This document shows, in pieces, positions 40,238 to 57,644 of a DNA stretch of 64,000 nt. A model generated the notes under the pieces. That model had not been told where the DNA came from and ran no database searches. It was given only the letters and a program-made list of their open reading frames with translations. Position 1 is the stretch's first letter. Each line of letters opens with the position of its first letter. The DNA is from the human T2T-CHM13v2.0 reference genome, Homo sapiens: the NCBI RefSeq assembly GCF_009914755.1, contig NC_060929.1; one strand, 5' to 3'. Made by a program: the position numbers and the translations under genes.

Positions 40238-40635
40238 TCTGTGGTTTGAATGTTTGTCTCCTCTGAAGCTCATGTTAAAACTTAATTCTCATTGTAAAAG
40301 TATTAAGAGGGTGGAAAATCTGACTATGCTATTTGAGAGGTGGGACTTTTAGGGAGTAATTAGGATTAGATGAGGTCATGAGAATGGGACATTAGTGGCT
40401 TTATAAGAGGAGAAGGAGAGACCTAAGCTAAGATGCTCAGCCCCCTTGCCATGCAATGCCCTGTAGCACCTTGCCCTGGGACTCCCCCGAGTCCCTACCA
40501 GCAAGAAGGACCTCACCAGACATGCCTCCTTAACCTTGGACTTCTCATTCTCCAGAAGTGTAAGAAATAAATTCATTTTCTGTACAAATTGCCCAGTCTC
40601 AAGTATTCAGTTATAGCAATAGAATACAGACTAAG
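40238..40635 (+). mobile_element. MSTC/D-like LTR
   Basis: TGTGGTTTGAATGTTTGTCTCC...TATAGCAATAGAATACAGACTAAG; flanking TCAGT repeat. Confidence 0.8.
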
Positions 40636-40638
40636 TCA

Positions 40639-41002
<364 letters not shown>

Positions 41003-41824
41003 TTAATTTGCATTTCCCAGTTACCAATGATGTTGAGCATCTTTCCCTGTGCTTATTTGTTATCAATGTATTTTCTTCAAGTCTTTTGCCCATTTTTTAT
41101 TGGATTGTTAGTCTTATTAAGATGTAAGAGTTCATATATACTAAATAAAAGTTCTTTGTCAGATATATGTTTTGCAAATATTTTCTTCCAGGTTGTGGCT
41201 TGCATTTTCATTTTTATTACAGTGTCTTTTAAATAGGGAAGTTTACTAATTTTGATAAAGTCCAATGTGTTAGATTTTTTCTTTTACATTTGTTGTTTTG
41301 TGTCCTTTTAAATAAATATTTGCCAAATCTAATGTTTCTAAGATTTCATATAATGTTTCTTCTAGAAGTTTTATAGTTTTAGCTCTTGGATTTAAGACTG
41401 TAATCCATCTAAAGTAAATTTTTGTATGTATGAGGTAAGAGGTAAGATTCTTTTTTTTTTTTGCTTTATATTGCTGTCCATTTGTTTTATCATTGTTAAT
41501 GAAAAGATTGTCCTTTCCCCATTGCATTGCCTTAGCAACTTTGTGAAAATCAATTGATCATGTATATCTGAGTCAATTTCCAAATTCTCTATTCCATTCC
41601 ATTGATGTATATGTCTACCTTTATATCAATAGCATACTGACTTGATAACTCGCACTTTGTAATCATTCTTGACATCCAGTTTTGTAAGGTTGGCAATTTT
41701 GTTATTTTTCAAAGTTGTTTTGGGTATTCTAGAGCCTTCATATTTCCATGTAAATTGTAAAATCAGCCTGCTAATTTCTACCAAAAAAAAGTCTATTGAT
41801 ATTTTTATTGGAATTGCATGAATT

Positions 41825-42070
41825 TGGTGTGACCACAGCTCACTGCAGCCTTGACTTTCTGGGCTCAAGCGATCTTCCCACCTCAGCCTCCGGAGTAGCT
41901 GGGACTACAGGCATGTGCACCACACCTGGCTAATTTTTAATTTTTTTGTAGAGATGGGTCATGGCCATCTCTTGTCCCAGGCTGGTCTTGAGCTCCTGAG
42001 CTCAAATAATCCTTCCACGTCAGCCCTGCAAAGTGCTAGGATTATAGGTATGTGGCACTGCACTTGGCTT
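41825..42070 (-). mobile_element. AluJ lacking its 3' end and tail
   Basis: CACAGCTCACTGCAGCCTTGACTTTCTGGGCTCAAGCGATC...GCACTTGGC. Confidence 0.88.
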
Positions 42071-44641
42071 CTCAGCAATATTTTGTAGTTTTCAGTCTAC
42101 AGGACTTGCACATCTTTTTAATATTAAATATAAAAATTAAATTTTTATATTTTATATTTTAAATTTTCATAGTTTTTGATGCTACTGTAAATGGCATTTT
42201 TATTTGAATTTCTAATAGTTTGTTAAAGTATAAAGAAATATAATTGATTTTTTAATATTGGCTTTGTATTCCCAACCCTGCCAAATTCATTTATTAGTTC
42301 TAGTTGCTTTTTTGAGATTACTTAGGATTTTCTTCATAGAAAATCAAATCATCTGAGAATAAAGAGTTTTCAGTTTTCCTCTTCAAACTGTATGCCTTTT
42401 ATTTCTTTTCTTGCCTTATTGTACTGATAAAATCATCCAGAACAATGTTAAATACAAGTAATGAGCATAGACGTTCTAGCTTTGTTCCTAGTTTAGAGGG
42501 AATGCATTCACTTTTTCACAAAGTATGATGTTAGCTGTAGGATTTTTTGTAGATGCCCTTTATCAAGGTGAGAAAATTTTCTTCTATTCTTAGTTTTATG
42601 AGACTTTACTTTGTTTTGTTTTACCATAATTGGATGTTGAAGTTTATCGAATGGTTTTTTGCCTCTATTGAGACAATCATATGATTTTCTTTCTTGATTT
42701 GTTACTATGGTAAGTTACATTGATTTTTTTCAAATGCTGACCCAACTTTTTATTCCTGGGATAAATTTCACTTGGTTATAATATATCAATCTTTTTATTT
42801 ATCATTTAGTAACATTTTGTTAAGAATTTTTGTGCCTATGTTCCTGAGGGATACTGGTCTGCAGTTTTTTTTTTTTCTTGCAACATTTTTTTAGCTGTGG
42901 TGGCAGTGTAATACCAGCCTTATAAAATAAATTTTAAATTGTTTTTTCTCTTCTGTTTTCTGGAAGAGTATATGTAGAATTGTTTTTTTTATTTTTTAAA
43001 TGTTTGATAAAATTAACTAATGAAGTCATCTGTACCTGGAATCTTCTCTGTAGACAGGTCTTTATCTACAAATTTAATAATTAATATATGATTATTCAGA
43101 TGATCTATTTCTTCTTGAGTGACATTTGGTATTTATATATTTTTAAAAATGTGTCCACTTTATCTTGATTATCAAATTTATTTGTATAAAGTTCTTCATA
43201 ATATTCTATTATTATTCTATTAATGTCTGTAGTAACGTCTCCTCTTTTATTCCTAATAATTCATTTTTTCTTTTTTTTCTTACGAGTCTAAAGATTTATG
43301 GTTTTATTGATCTTCTCATAGATCTAGTTTTTGCTTTTATTGATTTTTTTCCCTATTATTTTCTGTTTTCTATATTATATATGTCACTTAGGTCAGGATG
43401 GATCAAATCTTCTATATCCTTACTAGTTTTATAACTACCTGTTCTGTCGATTATTGAAAGAGTGTGGAAATCACTGACTATAATTATGAATTCATCTATT
43501 TCTCTTTTCAGTTCTGTTACTTTTTGCTTCATGTATTTTCAAGCTCCGTTATATGCATGTGCAATTAGGATTGTTAAGTCCTCTTGATGAACAGATCCCT
43601 TTAAAAGACTCCTTAAGGCCAAATTATTTATATAATATAAAGTTTGTGTATTTGGAGTGGGTATAGGAGTCTGGGTATTTAGGTCCTGGTTTCAGCTTTG
43701 GTGCAACTTGGCTGTGAGTCTAGTTTTCCTCATCTATAAAATCAGGATTAGATCATTTCTAAACTTCTCTAATCTACGAATGACAAAGATTTTTGTAGTT
43801 AAATTTTACATACATTGAGAAATTGCAGAGGTAATTTCTTCCAGTGCACTTTCTCCTGGGAAAAACATCCTTAGATAACAGTTTTTACCTGAATGTAAGT
43901 ATAAAGAAACATAATTTCATTATATAGTTTTAATAAGCTATTAGAAATTCAAATAAAAATGCCATCTACAATAGCATCAAACATATGAAAATTTAAAATA
44001 TAAATATGTAAAACAAAATTTTTTGTTTAAATTTATCATACGTGCAAAGATTTATATACTAACATTTAAAGCATGACTTTAAAATCTCCCACACATATAA
44101 ATGCTACTTCCTTTATCTGATACTTCAAATGGCCAAAGCCTCCATCAGCCCTAACATTAAGCTCTGGACTATTTAGAAGTTTGTTATTTCGTTTGCAAAT
44201 GTTGGAGATTTTCCAGATATCATTGTGTTATTCATATACGAAGAAGTCAAGTAACTTGCACAAGGACAAACTTATAAGTGGCAGAGCTCAGATTTAAACC
44301 CTGACAGTCTGGGTCCAGGAGCCAAGTTCTTATCCAGACACATTATACTGCCTTTCTCCATAGATGTTTAGCTGCCTTATAATATATCCTGTACATAAGT
44401 TGATAAATACTCACACATTAGTACACTTTCACCAGTAAATAAGAAATTTCTGAGCATATATGCACAGGGGCTACCAATAATAAAATAATAGCTTTATTAG
44501 AAATATGTTTCAATTATAAAATATTTAATAGCTACACATGAGTTAATGCTCATCAATGATGCTTAGACCCAGTCACTTACAGACAATACGCATGTTTTTC
44601 TTCTCATTTGATTACTTTGGAAAAGGAAGAAGGGATAAGTA

Positions 44642-44983
44642 CAGCTATCCCTTATTATCCATTGGGGATTGGTTTCAGAACCCATTGTGGATACCAAAAT
44701 TCATGGACATTCAAGGCTCTTATATAATATGGCATAGTATTTGCATAGAACCTATACACATCCTCCTGTATACTTTAAATCACCTCTAGATTATTTATAC
44801 CTAAGACAATGTAAATGCTATGCAAATAGTTGTTATATTGCATTATTTAGGAAATAATGACGAGAAAAAAAATTTGTACACATGCAGAACAGACACAGCC
44901 ATCCGTTTTTTTCTTCAAATAATTTCAATCCCTGGTTGGTTGAATTCACGGATGCAGAACCCAAGGATACAGAGGGCCAACTG
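44642..44983. mobile_element. MER2 (TcMar-Tigger) DNA transposon
   Basis: Degenerate TIRs CAGCTATCCCTTATTATCC / GGATACAGAGGGCCAACTG, flanked by TA. Confidence 0.85.
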
Positions 44984-45009
44984 TACATGAAAGCACACTT
45001 AAAGAGTAA

Positions 45010-45396
<387 letters not shown>

Positions 45397-45937
45397 TGAA
45401 AGAGAAAATGAAAAGAGACAATACATTAGTTCATCTTAGGAAGACTTAGAACCCTCTTTTTATTTGTGCACTTGCTTGAAGCATGTAACAAATTATTTCA
45501 CTTCTGTAACTGCCTATTTCCTATTATCTTTTTTCAAAATCTGAATGATCAATTTCATTACAAGTAACAGGAGTCTGACCTAACCCCAAAAGGAAATCTA
45601 TCAGCTCATGTAAGTTGGAAGTTCAAAGGGTGAATTGTAGGCATGAATGTAAGAACTCAAAATGATGTTGTTATACTTCTGCCTCTCTCCATCTTTCAGT
45701 TCTACTTGACCCCATGTTGACTTAGGCTCTCTTCAAGATGTGGCAGAGTTAACCATCAGCAAGTCCAGGAGACAGAGCATACAATTCTCTCAAGAGCTCC
45801 AACAAAAGTCCCATATAACGTTTCCAGATGTTAACATTGGCCCATCTAAGGTCATATAGTAATCTCTGCTCTAATAACTCAGCATAGGAGCCTGGAATAT
45901 TCTGTTTCAGACCCTATTTAAACCACAAGGAGCACAA

Positions 45938-46058
45938 GCTTTGTAGTTTTATGATGATAAGGAAGAAAAGGTATGATGAAGTAAATACAGCCACAGCACA
46001 TCATTCAATATGACAAAATCAAGGCGATTTACAACAGTCCTAGCAAACTAACACATAT
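45938..46058 (+). other. Composite locally templated insertion
   Basis: 45938-46015 = 50056-50133 (74/78); 46017-46028 = 46065-46076 (11/12); 46031-46056 = 46983-47008 (24/26); flanked by GAGCACAA at 45930-45937 and 46059-46066. Confidence 0.85.
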
Positions 46059-46277
46059 GAGCACAATCAAGGTGATATTTCCAAAAAAGGAGACAACACT
46101 CTGGGTGGGCAAAAAATGTAGATGTTCACCATTTAACTTCTTTTTTCCAATTACTCCTTTCCCCACCTTCCCTAAGTTTCCTTTCTAGGAAAGGATTTGA
46201 GCCAAGTACTCTTTGAACATTTCTGAGTGGCTCACTGTTAACCTTGATACTACTAAGCAAAAAAGTAAGTTCTCTGT

Positions 46278-47007
46278 TGTTATGGGTTGAATTTTGTCTC
46301 CCCAGAATTTGTATGTTGAAGTCCTAGTACATCAGAATGACCTTGTAAGGAGATAGGTCTTTACAGAGGTGATGAAACTATTAGGGTGGGCCCTAATCAA
46401 ATGTGACTGATGTCTTCATTAAAAAAGGAAATTTGGAGATGCACACATACATATGGGGAGAATGCCACGTATACAGTCATGTGTCACTTAACAACAGGGA
46501 CACATTCTAAAAAATGTGTCATTAGACAATTTCATCATTGTGCAAACATAACAGAGTGTATTTGCACGAACCTGATAGTATAGCCTACTACACATCTAGG
46601 CTATATGGTATAGCCTATTGCTCCTGGCTACAAACCTGAACAGCATATTACTGTACTGAATATTGTAGGCAATACTATGTATTTGTATATCTAAACATAG
46701 AAAAGGTACAGTAAAAGTATGGTATGATAATGTTATGGAGCCACTGTCATATATGTGGTCGGTCCGTCACTGACCAAAATGTTGTTATGTGACACGGGAC
46801 TGTATGTGAAGAGGGTTATCTACAAGCCAATGAAAAAGGCCTGGAAGAGATCGTTCCTTCACAGCCCTCAGAAGGAACCTGACCCTAACCCTTGCTAGCA
46901 CCTTGATTTTGGACTTCTAACCTCCAGCACTATGAGACAATATATTACTGTTGTTTAAGCCACCAGTTTGTAGTACTCTGTCACAACAGCCCTAGCAAAC
47001 TAATACA
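46278..47007 (+). mobile_element. MLT1B-like LTR interrupted by Tigger3a
   Basis: TGTTATGGGTTGAATTTTGTCTCCCC...CAGCCCTAGCAAACTAATACA. Confidence 0.88.
46474..46802. mobile_element. Tigger3a (MER7-type) DNA transposon
   Basis: CAGTCATGTGTCACTTAACAAC...GTTGTTATGTGACACGGGACTG TIRs with TA TSD. Confidence 0.88.
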
Positions 47008-47085
47008 TCTAACAAAAACTTCGGAAGTATAGCTCAATATGATAAAGTTGTAGTAATAGACTAAAATTAATAACTAGCTTTCTGA

Positions 47086-49628
<2,543 letters not shown>

Positions 49629-51059
49629 AAAAAATTAATGATTAATTATAAATACTAGTATACTCTTAAGATATTTTTTATCTACACATTTACTTATGTG
49701 ATTCCCCCTTCCTGAAATGCTTCCACTGTTCTTCTACTTATTAAAATCCTATTCTCCTTTCATTAGAGCACGTTTGTAGTATTGCCAATCTATAAGGCAT
49801 GCTAAAACACCATAGAGGCACTAAAATTATCTCTGGTAGAATACTATGTTGGGAAGAAGTATTTTGATAAACAGCTTAGAATAAGCATTATTCTCTTAGA
49901 AGAACAGAAACTTTCCAAACTCCAAAGGAAGATGGATCCAAGTGCTGAGCCTTTGCATTACTGAGTGGGGTCTGAGCTGGAGAAGAGCTCATTGGATTAT
50001 GAGTTCCTTGAGGGCAGGGACTAATTCTTAGTCTTCGTTATAACTGTTTTATGGTGCTTTTTAGTTTTATGATGATAAGGAAGAAAAAGTATGATGAAGT
50101 AAATATAGCCACAGCACATTATTCAATATGACATTTAGGGTATGAATTAGACATGGTACTTGATCTTCAGTACCAGAGCCTGTGGACATACTCTGGGGTA
50201 TGCAGCAAATGGAAAGCACATAAGTAGACTTTCAATTCCAGAAGGAGAAGGAATGTGTCTGTTTTATTGTATCATTCTCATCATCTAGAACAGGACTATG
50301 TACAATTTATGGACAGTATTAAAGCACTTTCATAAATGAATGATAGCCACACAATATACCTTTGCTCCAAAGAAACTGTGAATGCTCAATCAATGGTTTC
50401 CAAATTTTGGATATCACAGACTGGTAAAATTTGAGAACTATTTTTGGGTCAATCACAATATTGTCAACTTCTTAACTGGCAAGAAAAAATGTTAAGAAAT
50501 ATGACTACCATTATCTTTGAAAGATGTTTTCACACAAAAGTAATATAAAGGATATGTATCCCAGAATAAATGACAATCCTTTAAACTTAAATGCATATAA
50601 TTTCATTTAACAAAAAACTCACTACAGAAGCTGATGCGATGTCTTCAAGTGGTAATAGTACACTATCTTTAGTTTAAGCAAGGGTTAAACAAATGAAATA
50701 TTATGTAAAATTTTCAAACTGGAATGAAAATAGCAGGTTCTGAAACTTTGGGACTGCTGGGTTCTAGCACTGGAAACAAGAAGTGACTTCAGGGAATTCA
50801 AATGGTATAAGTGGATGAGAATTAAAAGTGCCCTACTTATTTCTGAAAATGTTAGCCAGACACACTTTATGAAACATAACACTTCAGAACTATAGCCAGA
50901 AGTTATAACAGCTGGAGCCAAAAATTTAGGGACCAGGCCAAGGCCTGCTCAGGGGTAGATTTTTTTTGAGGAAAGAGAGCCCTCGTTTACCAACACAAAA
51001 CCACGCTCTGAACTAGAAAACCTATGATAGGTGAGAGGTGGTGTCAATGCCAAAACTGT

Positions 51060-53090
51060 TAGAGAAAGATTAACTCAGCAAAAGAGGGAAAATAAGATTC
51101 CCAATGAAGATAAACTTGTAATGATGAAAAAAATCAAAACTGCAAGGAAAACTGTTACTGAGAAAGAACAACCACAAACTCAACAAATTGAATAATTCAC
51201 TTCCAAAGAAACTGAAATAATAGCACAATCAGTGTTTGATATCTTCAAAGTGATAATGGAAGGAATAGCACCAATAAAAGAAAAAATGAAACAAAAATAG
51301 AAAGAAGTCAAACATAAATAGATGGATAATTTAAAAGTACCAATTAGAAATCCCAGAAGTTAAAAAAAAATCATAGCCCCTATATTTTCTTTTAAATGGA
51401 AAAATATTGGAGAATCAACTCAGAACACAGCACAGGTAAATAAAGGGATGAAAATATAAGAGAAATTAAGATACGTGAGTGGATGGATTGAGAATTTCCT
51501 TTACACATTAATAGAAGCTCTAGAAATATAGACTAAAGAAAGTAACTGAGAATTTCTCAGAATTAAAATAAATAAATACAAAGCATGAATCCTCATAGTG
51601 CATTTTTAATAGCTGCAATAAAGTTTCTTGCCCTGTAACTGTTTCCAATCCCATTAGTAGGTGGAATCTATGGTCCCTCCCCTTAAAACTGGGTGGGCCT
51701 TTGTGACTCTTCCTTGGTTAGAAGAGTGCAGTAGAAATAGTGCTATGTGACTTCTGAGACCAGGTCATAAAAGGCAATCATTTGCCACCTAATTCTCTCT
51801 TGAGATGTTTGCCCATGAAATACAGACATCACGCTGTGAGTTGACCATGGAGAGACCAATATGAAGTGGAACCCAGGCCCCCAGACTTAAGCCCCATCTG
51901 AGCTCCCAGCTGACTGCCAGCACCAACTGGCCAGCCACATGAGTGAACCATTCTGGACTCAGTCCCCTCATCACTCAGTTAAGCTACCCTAGCTAACACT
52001 ATATGCAGCAGAGATAAACCCTCACCACCAAGTCCAAACTACAGATTCGTGAGCAAAACATTGTTGTTTCAAGCCACTAAATGTTGAGTGGTTTGTTATG
52101 CAGCAATAGATAACTGGAACACATGCAACACAGATAATTTACTACCCGCAAACCTTCACTGAGAAAACTATTAAAGGACACATTGAGAAAGAAAAAGCAA
52201 TCAAGAAGAAAGGAGGGGATGCAAGGAGAAATGATAAGCAAAGAAGTTGGTATCATTTTCTGGTAAAGCTAATTAACTATTGACCAAAAAATTTAATGCC
52301 ATCTGTTTATGTTGAGAAACAAAAATAGAAAACTATAATGAAGGCAATGTAAAAGATACATTGTGGATGGTTAGAGTGCTAAGGTTCTTATTTTATTAAA
52401 TAGTTCTAGAAAATACAAAGTTAAGTGTATAGGAGAATATGTGAGTCAGTAAGATCTCTTATTCAATGCTGGTGGGAATGTAACTCAATACAACTATTTG
52501 AAAAACAATCTGGCATTATTTTATGAAACTGCAGAACCACTCTAGAAAACAATTTGGTATAATCTTGTAGAGTTAAACATGCTTATCTTACAATGCAGTA
52601 CTTTTACTCCTGAGTATATTTCAGGTATTCTATCTGTGCTGCAAGAAATACGTGTTAGAATGTTCATAGAAGCAATGTCTGTAATAGCAAAACACTAGAA
52701 ACAACTTAGAAGTCCGTGGGTAAATACGTTATAGTTTATTCTTATAGCAATGGAAATGATTGAACCTCAGCTCCCTGTACAACATGGATTAATATTAGTA
52801 ACATAATGTTGAACAGAAAAAAGTAAGTCCCTTTTAATGCCCTCTTTATAAAATATGTTGCTCCTTTTATATGATCTCCTTTCTATAAAGCTCTCTTTCT
52901 GTATAAAATCCAAGAAAATGCGAAACTAAAATATGTAACATTTAATTATGCATATGTTTGTGATAAAATTATTTTCAATGTTTTAAAATATAATTATAAA
53001 ATATATTTGTATGTTTTTTAAAAGTAAGGAATGATAAATACAGACTTCGAGATAATGGTTACCTATGGGGCTTGGTGGAGGAGAGGCAGA
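51060..53090 (+). mobile_element. Very old HAL1/L1ME remnants
   Basis: A-rich ORF1-like coiled-coil remnant followed by L1ME-type 3' sequence (TGCTGGTGGGAATGTAA...AAACAATCTGGCA...AATGTTCATAGAAGCA). Confidence 0.5.
51597..52121 (+). mobile_element. MLT1G/H-like LTR
   Basis: GGTGGAATCTATGGTCCCTCCCCTT...GTGGTTTGTTATGCAGCAATAGATAACTGGAACA. Confidence 0.78.
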
Positions 53091-53099
53091 GAGGGAGAT

Positions 53100-53457
53100 T
53101 GTATTAGTTCTTTTTCATGCTGCTAATAAAGACATACCCAAGACTGGGTAATTTATAAGAAAAAGGTTTAGTGGATTCACAGTTCCACGTGGCTGGGGAG
53201 ACCTCACGATCATGGGAGAAGGTGAAAGCCACGTCTCATGTGGCGGCAGGCAAGAGAGAATAAGAGCCAAAGGAAAGGGGAAACCTCTCATAAAATCATC
53301 AGATCTCATGAGACTTATTCACTATCATGAAACAGTATGGGTGAAACTGCCCCCAATCATTCAATTATCTCCCACTGGGTCCCTCCCAAAACACATGGGA
53401 ATTATGGGAGTACAATTCAGGATGAGATTTGAGGGGGGACACAGCCAAACCATATCA
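53100..53457 (-). mobile_element. THE1C-like solo LTR
   Basis: TGTATTAGTTCTTTTTCATGCTGCTAATAAAGACATACC...GCCAAACCATATCA; TSD GAGAT at 53095-53099 and 53458-53462. Confidence 0.92.
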
Positions 53458-55889
53458 GAGATGGAATAAAGGAAGAATCTATAGGTAGATATAAATTATT
53501 GGTACTTTTTGATTCTTGGCTTGGGTGGGTATTCATCATAACTTTTGTCGGGGAGTAAGTGAATATAAATTTTCAAAATAAAATAGAAGTGAAAATAAAT
53601 AATACAGATTACCCATGAACAAATGTTAACAATGTATTATGATCAATTCAATTTTGTTTACCTGTGATGTAAACATAATATAATATGTAGATAAAAAGCA
53701 ATATAGGAATAGCTTCCAAACTACCGGGAAAAAGTAAAAGTTAAGAGGGAAAAGGCACCGCAAAAATCTATTCCTTTGTTTTTTTCTGGTATATTTCTCT
53801 TTTCATTGCAGATTAGAGAAATTTTCTTCATGCACTAGTTACTGGACACCAGCGACCTACACTGAGCCTCACCAAGTAGTCAAAGGGTTCAAATCTTATC
53901 ATTCGACTTTATATATTGTCTTTGGAATTGGTGCAAAGGATTTTTATTTGTCTTGTCTGACTCTGTATTCTTGAAAATGAAAATCTAGTGACCATAAGTA
54001 TTAATGCCATTGCACTTTACAAACACATGGCTTAAGATGCGTGTTAGCAGAAACCAGTCTTAAGATGTCACTCAACAAAAACATTTCCAGAAGCTTAGCA
54101 CTTAATTGGCCTTATTAGCACCATCTGCTCATCAGTCTTGCTTGTAGAAAAGTGTTTTCATCAGATAGCAACAAGTTGAAAACAAGGCAGATCACCACAC
54201 TTTGTTTTGAATTTAACACCACATTTTGCCTGCCTCTTATCACAGTTTTAAATCATCACATTAAATAAGTGAGTCAAATCATAGCACTTACATTACATGT
54301 TTGACTCTGGTTTCCTCTGTGATCTCTTGAGCATGTGTGTATGTCCAGAAGTCCTTTTCTCTTCAGACCTACATCTGTCAGACTGCTTAGCCAGACATTT
54401 GGGGAAATCCTCTCTAGTGACGATATTCAAGAAAACCTTATTCACATACTCCATTTTTGTTTTCATTCTACAAGCCTGGTTGCTCTAACACATCAGGCAT
54501 AGAAAAGTTAGACCTAGGAACATGCAGAAATTAAAATCAGATACTGGGTAATGATTTGAACTAAAAATTATTTCTATTATAAAGGCTTCCTTCTGAGAGC
54601 CTTTTGACAATTAAGCACTAATGATAAGAGAGTTTACTGTTTGGATTTCCTACTCTAAATGTCTACTTTAATATTATTAATTTAACCATAGGTTATTTTG
54701 AAGGTATTTATATACTAAACTAAAGAAATACAGTTGAATGTTCATTTCAGAAGTGGACTTAAAATTTAGGGGAAGTTAAAATGAAATTTTCACTTCTTTA
54801 AATTTACATATACATCACTTTTTACATGGAAAAATGTAACATTAAAAACATGATAATCTGCCAAAGTAGCTATTTAGCCAAAGCAAACATAACGCTAATT
54901 AAGGAAGAAAATATAAAAAGCAGTTTCCTTTCTTAGGCATCTTGGCTGTTGGTATAATTGTTTATATTACACCAAATTAATACTTTTTATTTAAAAAAAA
55001 TAGGAAAAATAAGACTATCCTCAGAGTTCTGTCCAGAACATAAAATACTCTGCCAGGTGAAAACAGCACAAACTAGTTGTACGAAGATGTAAATTTAAGT
55101 TTATTCTCTTTTCTCATAAGAAAAGTGCACGAAGTGCACGCGCACACACACTCACACTCACCTGGAGTTTACAATATACTACAGAATCAAACATGGCAAT
55201 AAAATATAGCATTTTTGTAGACTTATAAAGCCAGGAGGTTTTAATAAATGGTTAAAAGCTCCTTTGTTTCTGGTTTATAAATGTTAATAATTATACCTGC
55301 CTCCTAAAGTTGTTGTGTTAATTACAGGAGATACTTGTGAAGGATCTGGCACATAATAAACAGCAGCCATTATTATTTTAAAGCATGCATTTAAAAATTA
55401 TGAATAAAGATTGTAAACAAATGGCCTATTTCAGGAGATTTTCTCTAATTCCTGTTTTAATAACTAACAATATTGGCAATTATCACAAAACACCTTGTAG
55501 TTTTATTCCACTTTCTAGCAAAACCTTATTAAGACTTACTGAAAATGGTTCATATTACTAGAACTTCAATATCACCTAGACAAAAATAATATAGTACATT
55601 TATTAGCCCTGTAAACAGAAAATACACAAATATTTTAAACCAATTACTTTCACACATTTTAGTTTACATCATTCTTAATTTTAAAATTTGTCTATAAAAA
55701 TATGTAATCTAATCAAAAAATTTCTTACTCATGACAATTAGTACAGTATAACATTTCATCTCATATTTAACAGTTTTGTGTAAAATTACATTATAAGCAA
55801 AGAAAATAAATATTTGAAATGTACATGTGATTTACTGAAATAAAAAAATTATATTAATACATTATCAAGAAAAACTAATATCTGTTAAA

Positions 55890-56790
<901 letters not shown>

Positions 56791-57159
56791 AGAAATCTAA
56801 ACTACATAATTTTTAAAGTATACTGTATCTAACAATAAGTGAGCGTTCCTTCCTGCTTTCTCACCCATGCCCTCTACCCATATGCACTCTAGAGGGGCGA
56901 AATTGCCCTGTCATTGCTCTTGGTCTGCAGTGTCACGCAGAAACCACTCACACGGTAAATCTACTGTAACCGTTGACACATTCACTGTCATAAGATGGCG
57001 TGCATTCTCAAGTGCACATGACTTACTTAGTTCAGACCATCTGCATGCATGCTTTTTTTGTCTTTGAGTATTCAAACCAGAATTTGTATGTTATTCTAAT
57101 TAAAATAAAAATTATATAAAGCTCATGGAGAGGGACTTTATTTAAAATAAAAAAATTCT

Positions 57160-57312
57160 CTGTTTCTCAGTTTTCTACCTATAATTTAAGAGAACACTAC
57201 CTGCCTCACAGGATTGCTGTCAGGATTAAGTGAACAAATGTATGAAAACATTAAGCCCAGAATCCGGCATTCAATAAATTTATTGATATTCAATAAATTG
57301 TAGCAATTATTA
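57160..57312 (+). mobile_element. MIR
   Basis: CTCTGTTTCTCAGTTTTCTACCTATAA...ACCTGCCTCACAGGATTGCTGTCAGGATTAAGTG. Confidence 0.75.
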
Positions 57313-57644
57313 TTACCCTAACCTTAATTTAAGAAGAAGATTCTTATTTGTTTTTTTTGTGAGGAAAATAGCCAGGTACTATATGTAAGAATATATAATT
57401 AAGATCAAATTTGTCATTTCTTGTGAAAGTGTGAAAAGCCTTAAAAATGTTCTACTCTGAGCAAAATAACCTCTATTATAGATGTAACCTGGTCAATCAA
57501 AGGCTAGTATTATGGAAATTCACAGATAATATTAAAGTATTATAACTCATTATACCTAAAGTCTTTAGTCCTTAGAGAATCTATGTTAGAGAAGTTTTCC
57601 TGTATCCTATAGAGGTAGTATGCAATGATTCTTTTTCCTTTTTA

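Noticed and set aside
42126-42152. 12-bp-arm AT-only inverted repeat (cruciform)
   Set aside because: Low-complexity AT sequence inside a decayed L1; plausible by chance.
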